The notes under the pieces were generated by a model that saw only the letters and a program-made list of their open reading frames with translations, was not told the DNA's origin and did not search any database. A DNA stretch of 64,000 nucleotides from an uncultured Acidobacteriaceae bacterium (lineage in GTDB: Bacteria > Acidobacteriota > Terriglobia > Terriglobales > Acidobacteriaceae), in NCBI GenBank assembly GCA_963806985.1, contig CAWDZV010000003.1, positions 611,277 to 675,276 of the forward strand, written 5' to 3'. Positions 54,580 to 63,219 of this stretch are shown here, piece by piece (the first letter of the stretch is position 1; every line of letters begins with the position of its first letter). The position numbers and the translations under genes are program-made.

Positions 54580-55560
54580 TTATATGCGAGTTTGCAGGCA
54601 GCGGGGCTTTCCGCTAACGAAGATTCTTCCTTTTTCAGCAGTTCCAGGGCCTGGGCGAATGTGAGGTTTGAAGGCACTGGCCTGAAGCCGCTGAAAACTT
54701 CCGTCGAGCTGATGTTGAGACTTTTCACCAGCAAAATTCTCCCTGTGAATTTCAAGGTCATGCTTGAAATTTCCCAGAAGATTGTCTCCAACCTCCTGCT
54801 GCTGAACCATAAAACGTCCGCCGCGATCGAGGTGTCCGAGGATTCCCCAGCCAAAGCTCACTTCCTTGACAAGCGTGCCGTCGATGCTGGCGATGCGGTA
54901 ACGGGCGGAGTCCAGCAGAACGTAGCCTTGCATGCCAGTCAACACTTCTTCTACGTGCGAGGGCGGTTGGTAGTTGGGGTTCGGCCGGAAATTCAATTTG
55001 ACCAGCGCATCACCGGCGCGCCCAACGCCTTCCCGGCCTTGCTCTTGCCCTGCGTATTCAAACAGGAACGCGTCGGGCATGGCGCGCATTATGCGCAGGG
55101 TGCGTTCGGCGTATTCGTGCTCCAGTTCACGCTTCTTTTTAAGTTCTTCGGGATTATCGATGAATCGTTTGACGCGCGCTTGCTCAGACTGTCGTTGCTC
55201 CGGAGTTAAAGGTTTGCCGTTGTAGGCGATTACCAACCCGGCAGTAGCTTCTTTCGTCTCTACGTAGAGTCTGGTGGTCGACCCCTGAGGGGTGGTCTTG
55301 ATTCCGCGAAACAGATAGTGAGTGCTGTCTTCATTGGACGCCTTGACTTCGTTTTGCACGGCCTTGCGCATCAGGTCGGCGGGATCCTGGGAAGAAGAAA
55401 CTGTTGCCGACTGCGACGCCAGGGTGGCAGCTGTGAGCACGAGAATGCAAATGCCGGCGTGTGCGAGTGTGCATGCCAGGTTGCGTGCGAAGACGCGAGT
55501 CCAATTGTGAGTTGAACATTGGCGTAGGATCTGGCGTGGGATGAGGTTGACAATTCCCAT
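54580..55560 (-). CDS. Hypothetical secreted protein
   Basis: 326-aa ORF with a signal-like segment ICILVLTAATLASQSA. No family was recognised. Confidence 0.4.
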   Translation of the reverse strand: MGIVNLIPRQILRQCSTHNWTRVFARNLACTLAHAGICILVLTAATLASQSATVSSSQDPADLMRKAVQNEVKASNEDSTHYLFRGIKTTPQGSTTRLYVETKEATAGLVIAYNGKPLTPEQRQSEQARVKRFIDNPEELKKKRELEHEYAERTLRIMRAMPDAFLFEYAGQEQGREGVGRAGDALVKLNFRPNPNYQPPSHVEEVLTGMQGYVLLDSARYRIASIDGTLVKEVSFGWGILGHLDRGGRFMVQQQEVGDNLLGNFKHDLEIHRENFAGEKSQHQLDGSFQRLQASAFKPHIRPGPGTAEKGRIFVSGKPRCLQTRI

Positions 55561-55754
55561 GGCTGAACCGGGCTGGGTAGCCCGTTACGATGATGGTAGC
55601 AAAACGGCAGCGACAGTCGATCAGGCTTTCGTGCCGGTTCGCTAAGTACATGATGGAGAATGGTTTCCGGCATCGTTTCGAGCCGCAAGAGGAGGAATGA
55701 TTTACAATCGGTTCATTCGCGCTGATTCAAGCGCGACGGATTTGGAGGCTCAGC

Positions 55755-56120
55755 ATGGATGTTTCGCAGGCCGGCGACGGCGCCCACATCGGCAAGTCTG
55801 TGGTTATTAAAGGAGAGCTGTCGGGCTCCGAAGACTTGTATGTGGATGGCAACGTTGAGGGGAAAATTGAGCTGCGCGACCACCGCCTGACCGTGGGGCC
55901 GAACGGAAATGTCAAGGCCAACGTCACCGCCAAGGCGGTTGTAATTCAGGGCAAGTTGGAGGGGAGCCTGAATGCCTCCGAGCGCGTGGAATTGTCAAAG
56001 TCGGCAGTGGTGACGGGGGATGTGATCACGCAACGCATCGCTATTGAAGAAGGCGCCTTCCTGAAAGGGAAGGTTGATATTAAAAAAGAGGCTGCAAAGG
56101 CGACGCCTGCGTCTGCTTGA
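55755..56120 (+). CDS. Bactofilin (polymer-forming cytoskeletal protein)
   Basis: Repetitive beta-helix pattern: G.VVIKGEL.G.EDLYVDG.VEG.I......L.VG..G.V.A.V.A..VVI.G.L.G. Confidence 0.8.
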   Translation: MDVSQAGDGAHIGKSVVIKGELSGSEDLYVDGNVEGKIELRDHRLTVGPNGNVKANVTAKAVVIQGKLEGSLNASERVELSKSAVVTGDVITQRIAIEEGAFLKGKVDIKKEAAKATPASA

Positions 56121-56154
56121 GAATAACATCAGTCGTTATCGACATTTATCGAAG

Positions 56155-56844
56155 ATGGCATCTGTTTCTGACAACGTAATGAAACTTTTTCGAAGTTCTT
56201 CTAAGCAGGCAACGCCCGAATCGCAGCGAAAGCTAACCCGGCGGTCGAGCGGGATGGGCGAGGTGGCGCGGATACTGAACTCGCAGGAGGGTCTGTGCGT
56301 GCTCGACATGGGCGCGACATCGCCTGGCAATATCCGATTTCTTACCGATAGGGGACACAAGAATTACAGCGAAGATCTGCTGCGCTCGTCGCTCGACCCG
56401 GCGCTTCGCGTCAAGGACGATGCGGGTAGTCTGGTCGTAGATAGCAAAAAATTTCTGGACGAGAACCTGGGATATCCTAATGCTCACTTCGATGTGGTGC
56501 TGTGCTGGAACCTGCCCGATTACATGGAAGAGAGTCTGGTGAAGCCCACCATCGACCGTTTGTGGTCGGTGATGAAGCCGGGCGGAGTATTGCTGGCGTT
56601 CTTTCACACGCGCGATGCCGGGCCGGACTCGACCTGCTATCGCTATCACGTGACTGAGAGCGACATGCTGGAAATGCAGGAAGTAAAGTTCGCGCCCCCT
56701 GGGCGCCCCGCGTCTGAAAAGCAGTCTCCGCGGCTGCAGAGGGTGTTCAACAACCGGCATATTGAAAATCTGTTCCGGGACTTTGCTTCGATCAAGTTCT
56801 TCCTGGCGCGCGATGCCATGCGTGAAGTGCTGGTGGTGCGTTGA
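56155..56844 (+). CDS. Class I SAM-dependent methyltransferase
   Basis: Motif I is VLDMGATSPGN, followed by FDVVLCWN and GGVLLAFF. ATG 56155 was chosen. Confidence 0.6.
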   Translation: MASVSDNVMKLFRSSSKQATPESQRKLTRRSSGMGEVARILNSQEGLCVLDMGATSPGNIRFLTDRGHKNYSEDLLRSSLDPALRVKDDAGSLVVDSKKFLDENLGYPNAHFDVVLCWNLPDYMEESLVKPTIDRLWSVMKPGGVLLAFFHTRDAGPDSTCYRYHVTESDMLEMQEVKFAPPGRPASEKQSPRLQRVFNNRHIENLFRDFASIKFFLARDAMREVLVVR

Positions 56845-56856
56845 AGATTCCTTGTT

Positions 56857-57081
56857 TTAGGCGCTGCTTCCTTTGCAGATCGGGCATGTCTTTTCGTGAG
56901 TCAGGCGCGCTTTGTGAGCTTGCTCATACGCTTCCATATCTTCTTTCTGATGCTTCCGCTTTGCTTTCTCCGAGGGCCTCGGTTTGACTTCGTTGCGGAA
57001 GAGATAAGACGTCCATGCCGCGTGGGCGCGGGTTTCGCGGTCTTTTAGCTTTTTGTAGGTGGGACATTCTGACTCGGCCAT
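56857..57081 (-). CDS. Small hypothetical basic protein (74 aa) with terminal CPxC
   Basis: The ORF from ATG 57081 was used. The longer ORF-track version translates a repeat half-element (CHPEQSEGPAL). Confidence 0.3.
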   Translation of the reverse strand: MAESECPTYKKLKDRETRAHAAWTSYLFRNEVKPRPSEKAKRKHQKEDMEAYEQAHKARLTHEKTCPICKGSSA

Positions 57082-57168
57082 AAAGTAATTCGATGATAGA
57101 CGAAAGCTCTTGGTAGTGTCGCACTTTGAAAAGGAAGCGAGGCAAGCGTGTGATTGGTGCGGCAAAGC

Positions 57169-57196
57169 AGGTCCTTCGCTTTGCTCAGGATGACAA
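57169..57196. repeat. Solo half-copy of the GATCCCTCGCTTCGCTCGGGATGACAA repeat family
   Basis: aggtccttcgctttgctcaggatgacaa is roughly 80 percent identical to the right arm at 16062-16092. No partner arm lies nearby. Confidence 0.5.
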
Positions 57197-57280
57197 TACT
57201 TTGTGATGTCCGCCAAACTGAGACATTACCAAGCTCTTACGGGCATTCCTGTTTTCTGCGATCTCTTGCTAAGATGTAGA

Positions 57281-57386
57281 GTCAGGCATCGGTTCCGCGC
57301 GACGTTTTCCCGCCAACCCCGCCAGGTCCGGAAGGAAGCAACGGTAACGGGCTCTTTCGTGTGCAGTGGAGCACCGGTGCCTGGCT
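57281..57386 (+). ncRNA. ffs: Signal recognition particle RNA (small 4.5S type)
   Basis: Contains the universally conserved domain IV core CCAGGTCCGGAAGGAAGCAACGGTAA. The 5' caggcatcggttcc pairs with the 3' ggagcaccggtgcctg. A T-run follows at 57386-57391. Confidence 0.85.
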
Positions 57387-57474
57387 TTTTTATTTGACTT
57401 GTGGAATTGCCCAGGCTAGCGCCCAAAGGTGCGGCGCGAACCCGGGGCATCAAGCCCGTCATTGTGCTTTCGTT

Positions 57475-58743
57475 ATGACCAAACGTCTTTATTACGACAG
57501 TTCTGAAATTCATGAATTCGATTCGGTTGTCGAAGACGTTGCACTGACTACATCCGCGGAATCGCGGCCGGCGATCATCTTGCGAGAGACGGCGTTTTAT
57601 CCGACCAGCGGGGGACAGGTTCACGACACCGGTTGGCTCACTCTTACTGGACCTGAGGGAGGCGACGCACGCCTCCGAGTTTCGGAAGTTGCGGAAGCGG
57701 AAGACGGCAGGATCGTTCACTACCTGGAAGCGCCGGTGCGGTTGCCGGCGGCTGGCGCGGCCGTGCATGGCAGTATCGATGCCGAGAGGCGACGCGACCA
57801 TATGCAGCAGCATACGGGGCAGCATGTTCTCTCGGCGGCTTTTTTGGAGCTTTATCAGATGCCGACGGTTTCATTCCACATGGGTGATGAATATTGCTCG
57901 ATTCATCTGGCCGTTCCGTCGGTGAGTTCGGAGCAGATTGTTGGGGCTGAGAAGCGGGCCAATCAGATTGTGTTTGAGAATCGGGCGGTGCGGGTTCGGT
58001 ATGTTTCGCGGACGGAGGCGGAGAAGCTTGGCCTACGCAAACTGCCGCCAGCGGAGCGGGATGAGTTGCGTCTGATTGAGGTTGCGGATTTCGATCTCTC
58101 GGCGTGTGGCGGAACTCATGTCGGCGCGAGCGGTCAGATCGGCTCGATCATTCTTCGGAAAAGCGAAAAAGTGCAGCAGGGAACGCGCGTGGAATTTGTC
58201 TGTGGCGATCGTGCCGTGCGCATGGCTCGGCGCGATTATAGCGCGCTCAGCGAGGCGGCTGCGTTGTTCTCTGCGCAACTTTGGGATGTGCCGGAGCAGA
58301 TCCGCAAGAGTGTTGAAGAGAGCAAGCTGTTGCGCAAACAGAAGAATGATGCGCTTGATGAACTCGCCGGCCTGATGGCTTTGGCTGATCTGCAAGCGCA
58401 TTCGGAGTCGAACGGGCGGAAGATCGTTGTGAGGGTATTTGCCGATCGCGATATTAATTTTGCCAAGTTGTTTGCGCAGAAAGTAACGCGAACGGGAACG
58501 GCGGCGATTGCGCTGGCGGCGAGTACGGTTGACCCGCCGGGATTGGTGTTTTGTCAGACGTCGACTCAGACTAGGGCTCTGGGTTTCACCGCTGATATGG
58601 GGGCGTTGCTGAAGCAGGTTCTGTCTTCCGTCGGAGGGCGGGGTGGTGGGGGGCGCGATTTTGCACAGGGCGGACTTCCGCCGGGCTCGAAGATTAATGT
58701 TGAGCAGCTTTTGCGGCAGGCGGCGGCTACAATCGAAAGCTGA
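57475..58743 (+). CDS. Alanyl-tRNA editing protein (AlaX-L-like, editing domain plus DHHA1-like C-terminus)
   Basis: Zinc and editing motifs are HTGQHVLS and CGGTHV. ATG 57475 was chosen because the upstream ORF extension overlaps the SRP RNA. Confidence 0.75.
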   Translation: MTKRLYYDSSEIHEFDSVVEDVALTTSAESRPAIILRETAFYPTSGGQVHDTGWLTLTGPEGGDARLRVSEVAEAEDGRIVHYLEAPVRLPAAGAAVHGSIDAERRRDHMQQHTGQHVLSAAFLELYQMPTVSFHMGDEYCSIHLAVPSVSSEQIVGAEKRANQIVFENRAVRVRYVSRTEAEKLGLRKLPPAERDELRLIEVADFDLSACGGTHVGASGQIGSIILRKSEKVQQGTRVEFVCGDRAVRMARRDYSALSEAAALFSAQLWDVPEQIRKSVEESKLLRKQKNDALDELAGLMALADLQAHSESNGRKIVVRVFADRDINFAKLFAQKVTRTGTAAIALAASTVDPPGLVFCQTSTQTRALGFTADMGALLKQVLSSVGGRGGGGRDFAQGGLPPGSKINVEQLLRQAAATIES

Positions 58744-58782
58744 TCCCGACAGTGCTGGGCGCTAGAGTGTAACTCCCAAATA

Positions 58783-58980
58783 GGTCGTCCCTCCGGGACT
58801 TGATTTTTGTTTCGGACGCTTACCCAGCGCCAAGGCGCTGGGCTAAGGTGGGTCGTCCCTTCGGGACTGGAGTTATTGTGCCGTTCTTCCCAGCGCTGAA
58901 GCGCTGGGCTAAGTTCGGCCGTTCTTCCGGGACTGACGTTTTTTAACAAGGGACTGACGTTTTTTAATGCGGGACTGAAG
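58783..58980. repeat. Tandem array of small stem-loop modules (GTCGTCCCTYCGGGACT and CCCAGCGC-N4-GCGCTGGGCTAAG)
   Basis: There are two full units of about 66 nt (58783-58847 and 58850-58913). Degenerate GGGACTGACGTTTTTTAA repeats follow. Confidence 0.7.
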
Positions 58981-58987
58981 TCTTTGA

Positions 58988-60397
58988 ATGCTGGAATCCA
59001 CGCTTATACTCGTTAATCTGCTGATCAAGCTGGGCGTGGCGGCGGCCTTGTCGAGCGCGCTGGTGCGCTCGATGGAGTTCAAGCGTCTACTCTTTCGCGA
59101 GCACCGGGCGACCCGCCACAAAATTTATCTGGCATTGTGGATGGCAATCCCCATCGCGCTCGGCGTCTGGATTCGATCCAGCGTGAAGAGCTTCTTCGCC
59201 GGAGATTTGTCGCTCGAAACCTCACTGCTGTTGGGCGTGATCGGCGGACGCTTGTCGGGCGGCGTAGGGGGAGCATTGATGGCGATCCCCGCGGTGTTCC
59301 ATGGCGAATGGGCGGCCATGCCATTGAATGTGTTTGCCGGGATTGTCGCCGGCCAGCTGCGCCGCGCCGCGCCCGAGCAGGAAGACATTTGGTCGTTCTC
59401 ACCCTTCATCGATCTCACTCTGTATCGCATTATTCGCCGCAATCTGCCGCGGCCGCGCGTGTTCGATTGGCAAGTGGCTTTTTTTGTCACGATTGTGAGC
59501 TTGCGTTTTCTGCAGACCGAAATCTGGCGGATCTTACCGACCTCGATCTTCAGCCTGGAGAGCCCGAACTTGTGGATGCCGGGCAGGCGCGAAACTCTGA
59601 ATGCCTATCTGGTGGAAAGCGCGATCTACCTGAGCGTGGTTATGGTGGTGGGTATCGAGCTGAAAATCTTTAACAGCGTCCGCATACAGATCAAGCTGGA
59701 AGAGCAGGAGCGGTTGCTGCTGCAGGCGCGCATGGTGGCTTTGCAGAATCAGATTAATCCGCACTTTCTCTTCAATACGCTGAATTCCATTTCATCGCTG
59801 GTGCGCTTCGATCCGGATATGGCGCGGGAGATGATTTTGAAGCTCGCCACCATTCTTCGCCGGCTGCTGCAGAGCTCGGAGTCGTTCGTTGCGCTGCGCG
59901 AGGAGGTGGAGTTTATAGACAATTATCTTGACATCGAAGTTGTGCGCTTTGGACGTGACAAACTGAAGGTGGTTAAAGATCTCGATCCAGCGTCGCTCGA
60001 AGCAATGGTTCCGAGCATGCTCTTGCAGCCGCTGGTGGAAAACTGCATCAAACACGGGCTTGCTCCAAAGGTTGAAGGCGGCAGCATCACCTTGCGCAGC
60101 CGCGTGATCAAGTCGCGGCTGGTGGTGGAAGTAGAGGATGACGGCGTGGGTATGGGAGCTGCGCAACTGGTTGCGCAACCTGATGGTTTTGGTGGTGGCG
60201 GCATCGGCATGGCGAATGTCGCCGAACGGCTGAAAGTGCTCTACGGCGACACGGCGAAAATGATCATTGAAAACCGCGAGGGCGGCGGCACGCTGATCCG
60301 CTTGCGGCTGCCGATTTTGCCTAACCCCGAAGAGCTAATGACAACTTCGACGATTGCTCAAGCACCTTTTGGTAAAAGTCTTCGTAAAGCGGAATGA
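58988..60397 (+). CDS. LytS/YehU-family sensor histidine kinase
   Basis: The N-terminus is multi-TM. The His_kinase motif is NPHFLFNTLNSISSLV, and the HATPase_c blocks are N (LQPLVENCIKHG) and G (DDGVGMG, GGGIGMANV). Confidence 0.8.
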   Translation: MLESTLILVNLLIKLGVAAALSSALVRSMEFKRLLFREHRATRHKIYLALWMAIPIALGVWIRSSVKSFFAGDLSLETSLLLGVIGGRLSGGVGGALMAIPAVFHGEWAAMPLNVFAGIVAGQLRRAAPEQEDIWSFSPFIDLTLYRIIRRNLPRPRVFDWQVAFFVTIVSLRFLQTEIWRILPTSIFSLESPNLWMPGRRETLNAYLVESAIYLSVVMVVGIELKIFNSVRIQIKLEEQERLLLQARMVALQNQINPHFLFNTLNSISSLVRFDPDMAREMILKLATILRRLLQSSESFVALREEVEFIDNYLDIEVVRFGRDKLKVVKDLDPASLEAMVPSMLLQPLVENCIKHGLAPKVEGGSITLRSRVIKSRLVVEVEDDGVGMGAAQLVAQPDGFGGGGIGMANVAERLKVLYGDTAKMIIENREGGGTLIRLRLPILPNPEELMTTSTIAQAPFGKSLRKAE

Positions 60398-61487
60398 TCC
60401 TGCTGGAACAGTATTTCGCCTGGGCAGCGGCGCGGGCACGTTTCCCCATAGCGCGGAGAACGGATTCGTCACCGAGCAAATCAATGGCGTAGTGCGCCAT
60501 GGTGTCCACGTCGCCGACATCGGCCAAAAATCCGCTCACGCCATGCTCGATTACCTCCGGCACGCCCCCGGTACGCGTGGCAATGGGAACAACTTCACAG
60601 GCCATTGCTTCGAGCGCTGCGAGCCCGAAAGACTCAAGTTCGCTGGGCATTAACATCAAGTCGGAGAGGGCCAGTTTTTCGCGAACCTGATCCTGCTTGC
60701 CCAGAAACAACACGTGCTCGTGGATGCCTTTCTGCACCGCCAGCCATTCCGCCTGGGAGCGATCGGGGCCGTCGCCAATCAGCAATAGCTTGGAAGGAAT
60801 TTTCTTGCGCACACGGTCGAAGATTTCGATTGCATCGAGGACGCGTTTCACCGGGCGGAAATTCGAAAGATGCACCAGCAGCCGTTCGTCGTTGGAGACG
60901 TACTCGCTCCGCTTTTCGAGCCATTCCGGCTTGCGCAGGTAGTCGTCGCAGTTCACGAAGTTGGGGATGACCTCGATGTGGTTCTTGATGTCGAACATAT
61001 TCAGAGTGCGGTTGCGCAAATACTGTGAGACCGCGGTTACGCCGTCGCTCTGCTCGATGGAGAAACGCGTAATCGGGAGATAGGAGCGATCGAGGCCTAC
61101 CAGCGTTATATCGGTGCCGTGGAGGGTGGTGACAAAAGGCAGATTGCGCCGCGGCGGAGTTGCGGCCAGCATCTGCTTGGCCAGCATCGCACTCACCGAG
61201 TGCGGTATCGCGTAGTGCACGTGCAGCAAGTCGAGTTCGTAGAGTTGCGAGACCTCGGCCATTCGCGTGGCCAGCGCCAGATCGTAGGGAGGGTATTCAA
61301 AGAGCGGATAACGCGTGACCTCGACCTCATGATAATGAATGTTGGGTTCGGGACCGGTGAGGCGGATGGGTTGCGAGTAGGAGATGAAATGAATTTCGTG
61401 TCCGCGGCGAGCCAGTTCGAGGCCGAGTTCGGTGGCAACGACTCCGCTGCCACCGTAGGTTGGATAACAGGTTATGCCGACTTTCAT
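60321..61487 (-). CDS. bshA: N-acetyl-alpha-D-glucosaminyl L-malate synthase (bacillithiol biosynthesis GT4)
   Basis: The N-terminus MKVGITCYPTYGGSGVVATELGLELARRGHEIHFISYSQPIRL and the block TTLHGTDITL match BshA as I recall it. ATG 61487 was chosen. Confidence 0.75.
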   Translation of the reverse strand: MKVGITCYPTYGGSGVVATELGLELARRGHEIHFISYSQPIRLTGPEPNIHYHEVEVTRYPLFEYPPYDLALATRMAEVSQLYELDLLHVHYAIPHSVSAMLAKQMLAATPPRRNLPFVTTLHGTDITLVGLDRSYLPITRFSIEQSDGVTAVSQYLRNRTLNMFDIKNHIEVIPNFVNCDDYLRKPEWLEKRSEYVSNDERLLVHLSNFRPVKRVLDAIEIFDRVRKKIPSKLLLIGDGPDRSQAEWLAVQKGIHEHVLFLGKQDQVREKLALSDLMLMPSELESFGLAALEAMACEVVPIATRTGGVPEVIEHGVSGFLADVGDVDTMAHYAIDLLGDESVLRAMGKRARAAAQAKYCSSRIIPLYEDFYQKVLEQSSKLSLALRG

Positions 61488-61630
61488 GCGACTCCGGATG
61501 CCGGTCCAACGATACCATCGTTGGACACCATCATTGGATTCGCGGGGAGGGCTGGCGGTGCAGGGCCGGACTTCCAAATAAAACAGGCTTTGGATAATTG
61601 ACTAGCAGGCTGCGGAAAAAGTGTTTTCCG

Positions 61631-61666
61631 CGCCAGAGTGTCACCTCAGCGGCTAAAGCCAGCGCC
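61631..61666. repeat. Dispersed intergenic repeat, copy 2 (CGCC..TGTCACCTCAGCGGCTAAAGCC..GC)
   Basis: Matches 2621-2656. Confidence 0.6.
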
Positions 61667-61978
61667 GTTTCTTACCGTTAGGAAGAAAATCCCGCCAAAT
61701 CAATGGTTTTAAAGCACTTATTAGTAAACTATTGTGGAATAAGGACTTAAGGAAATCGGTTGGATAATTCGGACAAAACAAAAAGGGGTGCGGAGTGAAC
61801 CGCAATCCTTTAGTTTTTCTATACTCTGTCCTAACTCCATTATACCAAGTTCAGTGGGGCTGGTTGGACATCCGATCTGGGTTTATTTTCCCTGCCACTT
61901 CATAGGCTTGCGGGGAAGTCCGCCGAAAAGGGGGCTTGACACGGTGTAGAGGCGGTCGATTTCATGAGTCTTCATGGT

Positions 61979-62218
61979 TTACTGTTGGCTGAGCCGCACA
62001 TTGACTCCGGCGCCAAAGCGAAGGTTGTCCTGGCGGTTATTGAGGCCGTTGGGGATTTTGGTCATGAAGTACTCGGTCTGCGCGGGACGAACGGAAACGT
62101 GCCGGGAGACTTTGACATCGATGCCGCCGCCAGCGGTCATGGCAAAATTATTTTCGGACGCCGACTGGCCAATTCCTTTGGTTGTCCAAACGCCTCCCAA
62201 GAGAGTTTGGACGGGCAA
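61979..62218 (-). pseudogene. C-terminal fragment of an outer-membrane beta-barrel (OmpA-like/porin family) protein
   Basis: 79 aa with alternating beta-strand pattern and the terminal NLRFGAGVNVRL. An in-frame stop lies just upstream of the TTG, and there is no room for an N-terminal barrel half. Confidence 0.35.
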
Positions 62219-62299
62219 GCTACAATCCTCGAGTTTTTACCGTCTCCAGCTCGCCCTTACGCGCTACTTGTTAGTCCTTAATAGAATCCCTAGTCCTTA

Positions 62300-62947
62300 C
62301 TAGTCCTTGCTTGGCTTTTTCGGTGTCAGGTCGCAGGCTTGTTTGACGCGATCGAAATTCAGGCCGCTGGGAGAAAATTCCGCGATCTGGCGGCCGCTGC
62401 GTGTTGGGAGCGCGATGTTGAAGACGTTGGCGCCGATCATTCCCCGAACCGTGCCTTTGTCCATGGAGAGGAAGTGGTCGCGCATCCAGTTCCATCCCTT
62501 GTGGTCGTGCGTATCGTCGGTGCGCACTTCCACTTCCAACTGAGGCTGCCCCCAGAAGCCGGGTCGATTCGGCGGAACCAGTCGCATTCCTGGATTGAAC
62601 TCTGCCCACTTGTACTTGCCGTTGCTGCAAAAAATATTGACTCGGGGCTTGTAGTCGTTGTCTTCGCGAAAATAGTTATTGGACTGGAGCTGAAAGCGGA
62701 CTTTTTTCTCGCCTGTCATCTTGTCGGTGGAGTCGAACTCGAGCCAGTTGCCACCGGCGCTGACGCCATCCTGTTCGCCCTGGTAAGGAGACATGGCGCC
62801 AGTCTGAGCCGAAGCCACGGCTGACGCGCTAAACCAAAAAGATAAAACAGCAAAAGATAAAAGAATGGCTCTCGTGGTTAATCCAAAACCGATAGCCTTG
62901 CCAAACCGGCGCGATGCTTTCACGATCTCCTCCTGACAGTCACACAT
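62300..62947 (-). CDS. Hypothetical secreted protein
   Basis: 215-aa ORF with the signal peptide ILLSFAVLSFWFSASAVASA. No family was recognised. Confidence 0.45.
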   Translation of the reverse strand: MCDCQEEIVKASRRFGKAIGFGLTTRAILLSFAVLSFWFSASAVASAQTGAMSPYQGEQDGVSAGGNWLEFDSTDKMTGEKKVRFQLQSNNYFREDNDYKPRVNIFCSNGKYKWAEFNPGMRLVPPNRPGFWGQPQLEVEVRTDDTHDHKGWNWMRDHFLSMDKGTVRGMIGANVFNIALPTRSGRQIAEFSPSGLNFDRVKQACDLTPKKPSKD

Positions 62948-63219
62948 CTACATATTATTGAACCCTAAAACGAAGAAAAAGTTGTATCCGAGATCCCGAG
63001 GAAGGCCCCAGGCAATTTGTGCCACCGATTATACTTACGAAACTATACAAACCAAAAGTGCGCTAACGAGCGCTGCCAACGCGCCGACGCACGATCTTCG
63101 GAAGTGTCCTACTTTGGCAGGTTGCCGCCGACGTAGCAGCGCCACCCACGCCGCCGGACGGCGGCGCTACAATTGCCGCACGAATTGGGACACCGCCCGA
63201 TCTTGGAGGATGCGCTCTG

